64,000 bases of DNA from Owenia fusiformis (Eukaryota), in assembly GCA_903813345.2 (NCBI GenBank), contig CAIIXF020000001.1:32674001-32738000 (forward strand). The letters run 5' to 3'. Below, piece after piece: positions 24,961 through 36,620 of this stretch. The notes under the pieces are model-generated. The model saw only the letters and a list, made by a program, of their open reading frames with translations, had not been told where the DNA came from and ran no database searches. How positions within the stretch are numbered: the first letter of the stretch is position 1; every line of letters starts with the position of its first letter. The position numbers and the translations under genes were made by a program.

Positions 24961-27460
24961 TGTGATTTAACAAGTATTTGTTAAATCTGGTTTATATCAC
25001 AGAGAACGGTGTCTGTCCTACCAGCCCAATTAAAAGTCTGTTGACAGATCCAATTAGGCCGGGACAATAACTTATCTTAATGCTATACCAACTGTTCTGT
25101 AGTAGTTTGGTTTACACAGTTTTAGTTTTGCATCTTGAGGAAGTCGGACGCTTATATTATATTCTCAAAACACTTACATCTATACTGTAACAGTATTTGT
25201 TAACTATATTATTTGGATTATCTAATCACTTCGTTTTTACACACGGCTGTAATATATACCATGTAATCGCGAAATCGAGGAGTTGGGAGCCGAAATGCCT
25301 CAAAGAACATCACAAACGTACTTCGAACATATAAATGAGCGCGTGAACGCAAAAATACTAGAAAGATGCTGCATATACAGAAGCCGAACATGATAAAGAC
25401 CAGAGTAGAGAATCAGCTAAAAAATCGTTTGACACCTGCTTTAATAGAATATGAATGGGGCTTATACTGCAAAGACAGTCTTGCCAGAAGGGTGTTTTCT
25501 TAACGAACGTATATAACGATCTCTGTTGTTGGGGTTTCACAGGAGTTACGTCTACGTTATGGTCATTCAAATCCTCTTCCTCAAGTTGAAAGCACTATTA
25601 TTGACTAACGAACGAAGGAGCCTGATGTAAAGTAAGCTGCAATCTCGTCATTGACGCTAGGCACTCCAACTAAGAATCTTTTATCTCAGGTAATGTTATT
25701 CTCGATTGTTGCCATTTGCATTTTATTTTCCTGTTCTGCATTTCGCTTAGCGTACCACCTTGAGGATAGCTTGATATAATCTTGTCGGGAAACATGGGCT
25801 CTTCATAACATTGCAATTAGGCTCGTGTTAAATTTGATTTACAGAATATAAATTCAACAACAGCTACGATACAAGGCTTTTCCAACGTCTGACGCACATC
25901 TAAATATTTTCTTTTTAATCCATATGAACAAGGCAATCATAACCGAACAGTAGAAGAAGATCTCTTTATTTGCACATGAGAAATATTATTCGTCTTCTTG
26001 ACAATTCCTTGGCGGGGTATTACTGTCATTTCTTCTCTTTTAAGGTTTGGAAATGGGTTGTATCGTGAGGCCTCTCGGTCTCTAACCGACTTGAACTGAT
26101 AAATGCATATTAACGTCCATGTTTCTATCTGTATATTCTGAGTATAAGTTTTAGCATTTGTATTTCTCTGAACGTTTACGAGAAGTCTCTGTTAAAATCT
26201 ATCGGTCGAGTAATTACAATTAAATCTCGTCGGGACATCTGGTTCGTTCCAGAACTCCAATTAGGTTTTCCGCCCCTAGTTTTCCGAGAACAATTATATA
26301 AAGCTGTTTTTAAGACAACGAGACCAATCAATTAGCCTTGAAACGGTTTGCATTGTCCATACTTTAGAAACATCAGTGACATTTTAAATGAACACGGCCT
26401 TGGCGATGTTACATTCAGAAATGACCTTGAACGGTATTAGATCATTCTGATACTCATCACTTTTTCTGTCTTCAACTAGAAATATATGATTCTAGCGTGA
26501 AGCTAATGGAAGGCCATGATTTCTCATGTTGGTATTAGATTCTATTCTGGTTACATCCTCCCAACATCACACAGTTCTTTCCTTGCTGAGGCCCCATGGA
26601 AGTTTTACTCATTACATTGGTAGAGTCATTTATTTGCATACATATTAAATTATTTATTTACTTGCATTGTTTATTATGTTTTTATAATATTTATATTCAT
26701 TCCAACAGTGCAACTATTTTAAAAGTTAAATTCGGAATGCTCACTGGGATGAACAGAGGATCTAATATGGTATTGTCACCAAATAGTACTCATATTTAGA
26801 TATCAACAATCATCTTTTACCAAGAGGGAGTCCTTTACAGGTGCGCCCAGTCGATTCCTCTTCCCAGAGGACCCAAAACGGCATAATTTGGTCTATAAAC
26901 CTCATGGGATTAACATTTAGTAGCAGGCATATTATGTTGAGATGTCAACTTGAGGTCAACTCATATTTTGGATACATATCCTCGGTGATTTTGGTCTTAC
27001 ACTTCGGCTAGCTGCATCCTTTATTCAAAAGATTGCATTTATACTAATTCAGCCATTCAAGTAGTTTCATGTCAGGGGTAATAAGATAGCATTATCTGAC
27101 TAGAGAGAACGCAATCTGCGTAGTGCAGTTGTCCACTCATCATCATGTCTCATTACTATCATCGATGTCGCTATTATCACCTTAATTCTACAGTATTCTC
27201 TTCTTGTGAAACATTTAATTGTTTTCAATCTTGATAGAAATTCTCGGAATGATGCTTTATTATTGAAACTTAATCTTTTAAGTACTATGTCGTTGTTTTT
27301 TTAAAGCTGTTAACAATGCAATATATATTTATACTATATACATTGGCAGCAAGGATGAGTTAGCGTTTTCATAACAGCCACCATTGGGTTGCTAATATCA
27401 TCATAATCCCAATTCATCTACGTTTGTTTAGTTTCTATTAAAAATGACGAAATATAAGAA
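24961..27460. mobile_element. Unclassified ~2.5-kb insertion in LINE ORF2, possibly LTR-retroelement derived
   Basis: Interrupts ORF2 between endonuclease and RT. Begins TGT. Near its end TACA-T is followed by PBS-like TGGCAGCAAGGATG (27344-27357). Boundaries approximate. Confidence 0.4.
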
Positions 27461-29610
27461 TGAGAGTAGTTTTTTTAAATCGCAGTTTAAAAGAAACATT
27501 TACTGACGCATTACAGGATAACTTAAACAATGGGTTTCTTGATCAGTTTTACATTAACATGGGGCAAAATACCAGCTCCAATAGTCTATTGCAGGATCTT
27601 AAAGGTACTATTTATCATGCTTCTAAAAATACATTTCAGATTAAGTGTCTGAAGAAAAAACTCAAAAATTCCCAGTGAACCCATGGTTTAATAGTGAATG
27701 TAAACAACTGAAAAAGGACTTCCACTTAGCTATTAAACAAAACTTACCTGATAGTGTGACAGATGAAATTCAGAAAAAATATAATCAAACCAAACAACGT
27801 GAAAAAATAAGGTATCAGTCAGATCAATTAAAGTCCCTTATGTTCTTTAAATCAAATAATTCAACAGAATTTTGGAAAATGATTAAATATATGCCTGGAA
27901 ATAAACAGCTAACAGAAATTCCAATTGAAACTCCAGAACTCTTCAGAGCATTCAAAAATCTTGGTCAATTGCCTAGTATGGACTATTTTGATCATGAGGC
28001 ACTAGTTGAGATGCAAATGTTCATTAATGAATATGATGTCAACAGTATTTTAACAGATGAAAGGAAATTGAGTGATAATGTCCTAAATAACAATATTCAA
28101 GAATCTGAAGTGTATACGGCCTTAAATAAAGTTAATGATAATAAATCTGCTGGGATTGATGGTTTACCCTCAAGCATAATTAAGAACTGCATATCACTTG
28201 TTCCTGATATCACTGCTCTTTTTAATCATATTTTTCTAAGTGGAGATTACCCAAATGAATGGAGCATAGGCATGTTGTCAACTATTTTAAACAAGGTAGT
28301 AAAATTGATCCTGATAATTATAGAGGAATAAATGTTTTAGCTTGTATAGGCAATGTGTTCGACTCAGTCATCCAGAATAGACTTGTTTTCAATGCTGAAA
28401 TGTTGAACACTCAAGATCCACTTCAAGGTGCCTATAAAACTGGACATCAGACAAGTGACAATTTATATATCTTAAGCACTCTTATATCTCACTATAAACG
28501 ATTGAAGAAACCAGTATATTGTATTATGATTGACTTCAAAAAAGCGTTTGATTTTGTAAATAGGTCTGCACTAATGTATAAACTATGCAAAGCAGGTATA
28601 TCACCAAGTTCAAATATTTTCAAAATTATTTCCAGTATGTATAAAAAATCCAAAGCTTGCCTCAAACTCAAAGATGGTATCACCCCTACTTTTGAGACAG
28701 ATGCCGGTGTAATGCAGGGCTCTGTCCTTAGTACTTATTTATTTAACCACTTTCTTGATGATTTGTCAGACTATTTACCGAAGGAGTATGGACTTCAATT
28801 TGACGGTGATAAGATAAACCATTTACTTTGGGCTGATGATTTGATTTTATTGTCAAATACTGAAGATGGAGCGCAAAAAATGTTAAATTGTTTATTTAAG
28901 TTCTGTAAGAGGTATCACCTTATTGTTAACACATTAAAGACGAAATCAATAATTTTTAATTCAAAATCCAATGTGCAATTCACTTTTAATGACAACATTA
29001 TTGAAAGCGTTAACCACTATAAATATTTGGGCTGCATATTTAATAATAACATTAATTTTGATAAACACATAGATTATCTCCAAGAACAGGCAAGGAAAGC
29101 CCTTTTTAAAATTAAGCAACAGTTTAAAAAATTTAACGATGTTCCTATCTCCGTTGCCCTGCATTTTTTTGATAGCTTGGTTGAACCAATTTTAATGTAT
29201 GCCTCTGAGATATGGTATAGTAAGAAGCATGTAAAAGCTATAGAAGCAATACACTTATCATTCCTTAAATGTTTGCTTGGTGTGAAAAAATCAACAGCTA
29301 CACCGGCTGTTTATGGGGAGCTAGGAAGTTATCCTTTAAAAATTCGTTTCAACATTAAGCTGATTAAATATTGGCTGCGTTTAATGAAATTACCTGAAGA
29401 AAATATGCTCAATAAATCATATTTGTATGACCTTGAAATGAATGGTTTAGGTTACTCTGGCACTTGGTCCAGTAAAGTTATTGACATATTAAAACAATGT
29501 GATTTATTCTCTCATTGGTTGACTCAAAATGTTGAAGATGATTATATATTTATTCAAATGATCACAAAGAAATTAAAAAGTAATTATGCACTTCAATGGA
29601 AACAGGATCA
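27460..29610 (+). pseudogene. LINE ORF2 reverse transcriptase region, frameshifts near 27670 and 28290
   Basis: PWFNSEC, SAGIDGL, DPDNYRGI, IDFKKAFDFV, GVMQGSVLSTYLFN, LWADD, YKYLG, VYGELGSYP. The Cys-rich C-terminus is absent. Confidence 0.95.
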
Positions 29611-30489
29611 AAGGATGGCTTTTTGCATCATTGTTAAATCGGCAATAAGTTTGACAATACCCATGCTTAACTTGGATTTAATTTAAAACATTCGATTCCG
29701 GTTTTATATACCCTTTGTTTGCATTCGTTTGACTTCACTTCTTAAAAGAGACCTTCGTCAAAGATTTCAAATCAAAGGAACCAAAAAGTATAATCTTATG
29801 GCCGTTTAAACCCCAGGCTATAAACTACATGCATTTAGTTAGATCAGAGAGTTTCAAAACTAATAATCCCATCAAAACAACATCATGATAAACCATGACA
29901 TCTCATTTCTTCTCAGCCCTGATGTTTCAGGTGAAACAGAAAGATGCTATATGAGTATCAGAATGCCAAAACAACCTGATGAATAGAATTAGGATTCAAT
30001 CCCTTACACGAAATCATCAGTGTTGATAAATATGATGTGTAATCAGAAAGATGGAATCTGTTTTGTTTAGATTAAGTGTTTTGGTACCTTGTCTCAAAGC
30101 TCTTTGACCTTATAATTTTCAAGTGGTTTTAAATTCATACATTTCAATTATTTGGGATTGTAAGACTTTTCTGAATGATTACGCTAAATATATACACGCA
30201 TATGTGAGCCTGAAACTATTAATTGAATATATTCTAAGATGAGTACCAGTTGCATTGGCTCTGTGATTGTACATTTTATGTACAAATTATCTCACATGAA
30301 TCATCTGAAAGACCTAAATCTTTCTTCATAATAACATTCATATTGTCACCACGACAGCCAAGGACTTCAAATATGCCAAGCCTATATGGCTCATTCATAG
30401 GGCATCATACAAAGTGTTCGTTTCAGTTTCACAAAGGTTACACAATATGCAATTTTAAGTGGGTTTTAAAGGATAGGTTAAAGTAGGGA

Positions 30490-31020
30490 ACAGGCCAGCC
30501 GGGGCACGGGGCTTCCCGGACCGGGCTTTAATAGGGGCTGAGGATTGTAGGTACCCTGAAAAGGCGTTTGAGGGGGTAGGTACAATGTAAGAGGTAAATT
30601 GGAGTGAAACCCCCGGGGGAACAATAAGCCTTTAACGGGGAATGGGAGGAAGGTGCCCTGTAGAATAATAGCTTTAACGGGGTGCTGGGGGGGACGTATT
30701 CTGCAAAGTAGGGTTTTAACAAGGGGTAGATGTGGAAAAGTGGGACAGGGGGTTGAGGGGGTAGGTACCCTGTTAAGGCAGAGCCTTAACCAGGGCCTTA
30801 ACGGAGGTTGAGGAGGTAGGTATATACTCTATTTAGTAGCGCCTACACAGGGTAATGGAGTAGGTGTCATGTAAAAAGAAGCCTTGACATGGGGACCGTC
30901 GAAGGGGGTAGTTGCCCTTTTAAAATAGGGCCTTAACATGATATTGAGGGGATAGGTCCTCTGTTTAAGAAGAGTCTAAAAATGAGGATATGGGAGTAGA
31001 TTCCCTATAAACCTTTTACA
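30490..31020 (+). repeat. Degenerate G-rich minisatellite (~40-bp unit)
   Basis: Recurring GAGGGGGTAGGTACCCTGT...GCCTTAAC variants, strongly purine-skewed. Confidence 0.65.
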
Positions 31021-31789
31021 GAAAAATAGTTAACAAAAGGATTAATGCAAATGCCTTTTATATGAACAAAATGTCAACTGCGGGGAGTTTCCTGCACCTG
31101 CGAAATGGTTTGTTCATTTAGAATAAGATAAACCATGACCATGTATTCCATTCTGACAGAATTTCATCTCATATCATTATTATGTTCGGAATCCTGGTTC
31201 GTAATGTTCCCGGGGAATGTCTATTCAAAAAAATAATTTTAGATAGATACAAAATAATATTGATAATACACATAGACACTTAATTTGGCTCAAGTTTGAA
31301 TTTAATTGGCGGATTCATAAATAAAATCCGTCAAATTTCAGTTTGGAATTTTTGTCCAATACACTTCAGAAAGACTTCTGGAGCCCCAGTTTCTGTCAAC
31401 ATGTCAGCAATTCTACATTCTTCCAAAAGAAATACAGAAAATATCTCAGTAAATATCTGTCCTAATGAGATAGTTTTGAAGTTCGAAAACCGGGTGAAAT
31501 TGGTTATAGTAAATTAAATATGATAATCAGAGCCAGAAAACAGAGATAAATGTACGTAGCTAAAATAATGGGGAATTAAAAATAGCCTCTAATAAAGTGC
31601 AATCATGAACTCTCTTGAAAGCCCATGCTCTAATCAAGGTAATCTTGGGATATCCTGTCCATAAAAAGCAAAAACCCAATCAAACAGTTAATTAATTGAT
31701 TATCTGGTCTAGACTAGGGTACAAGAAAAGTATTAATATATGAAGGACAGGGGGCTACTGAAACTGGTAGTTCAAGCGTATGCTTGTAA

Positions 31790-31931
31790 TGCCTGGGTCA
31801 CATTTGCTCAGAATCATCGTTCGGCCTCCGGTCGATTGAGTATTTTGTTTAAAATTGTAAATTAGGGTTTGAACAAAACACTCAATCGGCCGGCGCCCGG
31901 CAGATGAATTGGAGCAAATGGGACCTAGGCA
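31790..31931. mobile_element. Small hairpin MITE, possibly Harbinger-type
   Basis: TGCCTGGGTCACATTTGCTC / GAGCAAATGGGACCTAGGCA ends. Related copy at 59002-59132. Confidence 0.75.
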
Positions 31932-34713
31932 TATGAGGGGCAACATTTTAGATATAGTATTGTTTGAAATCCTTGGAAAATGCAATCCCCCAATTTTGCA
32001 AATATGGTCTGGTGCTAATTAACCCTCTAATTTGTTTTCGTTTACATGAGCAACTAACAAATATATTTATTCTCATTCTGTCTCAGCTTAGTTTTAATAA
32101 AATTTTACCCCCACCCTTCGAACGTCTTTGTCTCCCTTATTTTTGCAACCCAACATTCAGTTTATTTTTAAACCAAATCAGGAAGTATCCGTCAACATAT
32201 CAGATATTAAATCAATAGTTGTTTATTATAAGATTATGTTTATAGATCATAAGCTATCTGTATTTTCAGCTATAAAATTAGCCCTCCCCCCCTCTTCGCC
32301 GACAGATAGAGATGTATTGTTTAAAATAATACTGCATCCCTGGCCAATAATTCTTTTACCACTTTGAGCAGTTTTCTTGTAATTTTGAGCAATTATCAAA
32401 TGTGACCCGACCCCTGGAATAATTCTAAAGTCATTCCCTTAGCAAATGCTGGCTTCGGACCTGGTACTTATAGTGTGCGCCTGACCCGGCTACGTATAGC
32501 ACAGAGTTTATACTGGCGGATTAGACTAGTTCATTTTTTATATGTGTGTGAAAGCTTTCTCTTATTTGCGTTTTTTCGTTTAGTACGGTTTTGTTATAAT
32601 TGCCGAGGTCATATAACCGGGATAAAACAATGATTATCGTTGACTGCCCACACACAAAACATACGTTGAGTGAACAGTGTTATTACAAACAACAGGCTTT
32701 AGAATACAAAGCGTATACTCGGGGTGGAAGGTGTGAGAATTGTGCAAAAAATGACTTTGTGAGCTGGATGGAGTTTCTCTGTATTTTTCATTTTATTAGG
32801 GTTTCCTGCATAAGGGATTTCGCCTGCGAAGCATATAACTCTTGCGAACATATCTAAATATTGGTCCGAGGAAGACATACCTTGAACTTTTTAGAAAAAA
32901 TTCGCTAAAAATGGAAACTACAAAAAGTCAAAATGTTCAACTCAAACAAAACTCTAGCTATTTAATATTAACACTATGTACTTTTAATGTTTTTCAGATG
33001 TTTAAGGACCTTCATTAGTGTACTAGTGTCTAGAAATAAGATAATTAAGGACAAAATTTGGCATTTTTGATCATTTTCGCTTTCAGCAGTAACATATAGT
33101 TCCTTATATCTTGAGTTTAATGTTGCCTGGTTGTTGCAATTTTGATTAAATCTGTGCTTGTACATGTCTTCTTCCATTTAAGATACAAAAAATGTATATT
33201 GGACCACCAATGGTCATATTAGAGCTTTCAGATCTCCCCTACCCCATTTATTATGAAAAATTACTGAAACATATGAAAATATAAAATAACTTGAATTTAT
33301 AAACTTTAACAATGTTGTAGCTATTCTATATCAATATTATGTATTATTTAATGTTTTTCAGATATTTCAGAACCTTTATTGGTATACTAGTGCCTAGAAA
33401 TGAGACATTTAAGGACAAAACTTGGCATTTTTTAAAATCATTTTAGCTTTCAGCAGTAACATATAGTTCCTCATATATTGAGTTTTATGCTTACTGGTTG
33501 TTGCAATTGTAATAAAATCTGTTTTTGTAGATGTCTTCTTCCATTTAAGGTGTAGAAAATGTATAGTGGACCACCAATGGTCATATTAGAGCTTTCAGAT
33601 CTCCCCTACCCCATTTATCATGAAAAATATAAGAAAAATATGAAAATATAAAATAACTTGAAACTATAAACTTTAATAAAGTTGTAGCTATTCTATATCA
33701 ATATTATGTGTTATTTAATGTTTTTAAGATATTTCAGAACCTTTATTGGTAAACTAGTGCCTAGAATACCAATACCAGCAATACCATATAGGTCCTTATA
33801 TCTTGAGTTTAATGCTGACTGGTTGGTGCATTCTTAGTCAAATTTGTTCTTGTACATGTCTTCTTCCATTTAGGATATAGAAAATGTATATTGGACAACC
33901 AATGTTGATATTATAGCTTTCATGTCTCCCCTGCCCCATTTATGTAAATGAAAAAGTAATTTCAAATCATCAACTTTAACAAAATTGTAGCTATTCTCTA
34001 TCGATACTATGTATTATTTAATGTAACCTTCATTTGATTACATGTGTCTAAAATTTGGCATTTTTAGCATTCTGCATTTAGCAGTAGCATATAATTTTCC
34101 ACAATTATAATTCTTTGATGATAGATTCATATATGTTTTTTATTGAATCTGTCTTCTCTGAATTTACTTAAAGAAAATGTATGTAAGACAACGAATGTTT
34201 TTATTAGAGGTCTAAGATCTGCCCTCCACCAATAAATGAGAAAACCAACACAAATGTTATTATTGCATGATAATATTCTTAAAATTTTCAAAAGTTTAGC
34301 ATATTTATTAGCACACTAAAATCAAAAAATGACACATAAATGGGCAAAATGACCAATGTTTCACTTTCAGCAATAGTTGTTTATATTTTTAGTTGAATGG
34401 TGATTAGTTGACATATTTTAGATCATATATATTCAACAATGTGTCTTGTTATCTTCAAAGCATGGAAAATGTGTTTTAAACACAAATATACATATTAGAG
34501 ATAAAATTACTACACTACTATATTTTTAAAAGATTACTCAAAAATAGCATAGTGCGAAATAATTTTGTAATTTCGCAGTTTACTCTCATATGAATCAAAG
34601 GATATGTCTTTATATAGACATGATTGTTCACAACTCTCGAACTTAATCCAGCAACAGCCTGATTTTTCAAATCTCCCTGGTTCTATGTTAGAGCTCGTTT
34701 AAGTCATTTTAAA

Positions 34714-35678
34714 GGTAACTGGTCAACTGGTACCCAAGACAAGTCGTACCCAAGCATATATTTTGTTTTGAATCAAGTGTTGGACTGGGAATGTGAGAAG
34801 AAATTGATATAATTTTGTAACATTTTGAGCTTTGAGTGTCAATTTATTTTGACTATTATTTTATATTGGATGTTCGAGTGAAGAGATATATGTTTATTCC
34901 ACACATACATAATCATTTTTTTAAATATTGTATGTTTATGAGTGTTTGGAACAAGTGTCAGATTTAATTCATCTTGGAAGATGGTATTATTATAAATGTA
35001 TTGATTCATCAAATCTTGGGCCTAATTTCTTATTAAACAGATAATCTATTCGTCTAGGATTTCATATTATCAGAAGTCATATTCATGAAATTTAGCAATA
35101 AAATATTTTGAATAATATAATAATAGTATACAAGTAATAATATAGTATAATATAAATATCAAATATTATTTTGGTACTTATTCATACATGATATATTATT
35201 ACACTTAGTATGCATGTGCATAATCCAATTTAGTTCCAATTGGAAAAAAATTAACAGATTAAACTTCCTTTAAACTTTCTCAAAATGCTCAAATTAATTG
35301 TTTGATTCATTTGTAGAAAAGTCACTGTTGTAATTATATTTATTTATATATATGTTTGGCAAAAAATGTTGTGAACAAGCACTTCAAGCACTTGTTTTAT
35401 TAGTAAAAAGGTGATTCAAGTTAAATCAAAATGCTTTACTTAATCCATTGAGAAAAAATGTCTTCTAAATTCAAAAAAATATTGAGGCTTATTTGAGTCA
35501 CATTATAACATGAAAACATAATTATACAAACTCAATTTGTTTTCCTAATATGCACCCATAATACTCGAAATAACTTGGGTACGAGTTGTCTTGGGTACCA
35601 GTTATCTTGGGTACGACTTGTCTTGGGTACCAGTTATCTTGGGTACGACTTGTCTTGGGTACCAGTTGACTAGGAAGC
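34714..35678. mobile_element. MULE-like non-autonomous element with 15-bp subterminal tandem repeats, nested in the Academ-like element
   Basis: GTCAACTGGTACCCAAGACAAGTCGTACCCAAG at left, inverted (CTTGGGTAC..GTT.T)n at right. 8-bp TSD ATTTTAAA (34706-34713, 35679-35686). Confidence 0.8.
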
Positions 35679-35789
35679 ATTTTAAAGGTTTAAGTTGCTC
35701 ATGACACCACAAGCTATTCAGATATGTAAGATCTCTAAATAATTTTTATAGTTCTGAGAAACTCATCCTTAAATATTGTCCAACGATGT

Positions 35790-36620
35790 GCACTATGTTG
35801 TTTATTGCCACATGGACAAGTAGCAATACACCCTTGACTAGAAACTTTGTATAGCAATTTTCGCTGCCTTTTGCCATTTTACATTTGCGAATTGCCAAGG
35901 ACATATGTTTCTTGTGTTGCTACGAAGGTTTGTTTGTGAGTACTGGTACAAGACACCCATCTTTGATATATCTTCAAATAGGTATTGCACTTTGAGATTC
36001 ATATAGTAATTTAGAATGCTACCTTGAAGGACATAAGAAACTTTAAGAGCTCTTTTTAACTCTCATCCTTCTTTGCAAGCAACATTCTGTATCATCAGAC
36101 TGAATACAAATTCTCTCAACATTGAACTCCTTTGTCTTGTCTGCAGCACTGTAATAGACATGGGCCATAAGGAGAGTGTCAACTTCTTCATGATCAGTAT
36201 TTGATAGATAAGTTGCAACTATCAGTTTTGCAAAGTTCAATAGCAGCTCTGCCATAAGTGAAATTCATCCCATTTTAGAGATACAGTAACATTGCTTCAC
36301 AAACCAAAGACAGCTTTACCATTTTGTAATCCTTTCCAAAATCATCTTGTTGGCTGTACTTCATTTCACAATGTTTACATTTACCAAAATATCCCCAAGC
36401 CCAATATCTATCATGAACTTCCTAATTACACCACCCCTAGGTGTAATATGGAAATCACCAAGCATTTGACAACATTGCATTTGATATGAGGGAATTCAAC
36501 CAATATGGCTTGATCACTGGTTATAATTATCACAGTACTATACCCCATTATTTTTAAATATATTCCAAGTATTGTACTATACATTGCATAGATTCATGAG
36601 CAGTTTGCAACATATCATAA
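35790..36620 (-). pseudogene. Academ-type transposase remnants
   Basis: Minus-strand fragments IITSDQAI, MLGDFHI...IRKFMIDIGLGDILV, DHEEVDTLLMAHV, ICIQSDDT, DGCLVPVLTNKP and a Cys-rich tail. Confidence 0.7.

Larger units (their letters stand above)
21609..29610 (+). mobile_element. Decayed non-LTR retrotransposon (esterase ORF1, APE-RT ORF2; RTEX-like or CR1/L2 group), 5'-truncated, 3' end missing
   Basis: ORF1 and ORF2 remnants in order, with stops, frameshifts and two internal insertions. Confidence 0.9.

Noticed and set aside
29613..29650. Possible AAA|GG start of another TSD-less element where LINE ORF2 breaks off
   Set aside because: I could not find a matching inverted end in the window.
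35574..35670. Regular CTTGGGTAC repeats that look CRISPR-like
   Set aside because: 15-bp tandem units with no unique spacers and no cas genes. They are subterminal repeats of an 8-bp-TSD element.
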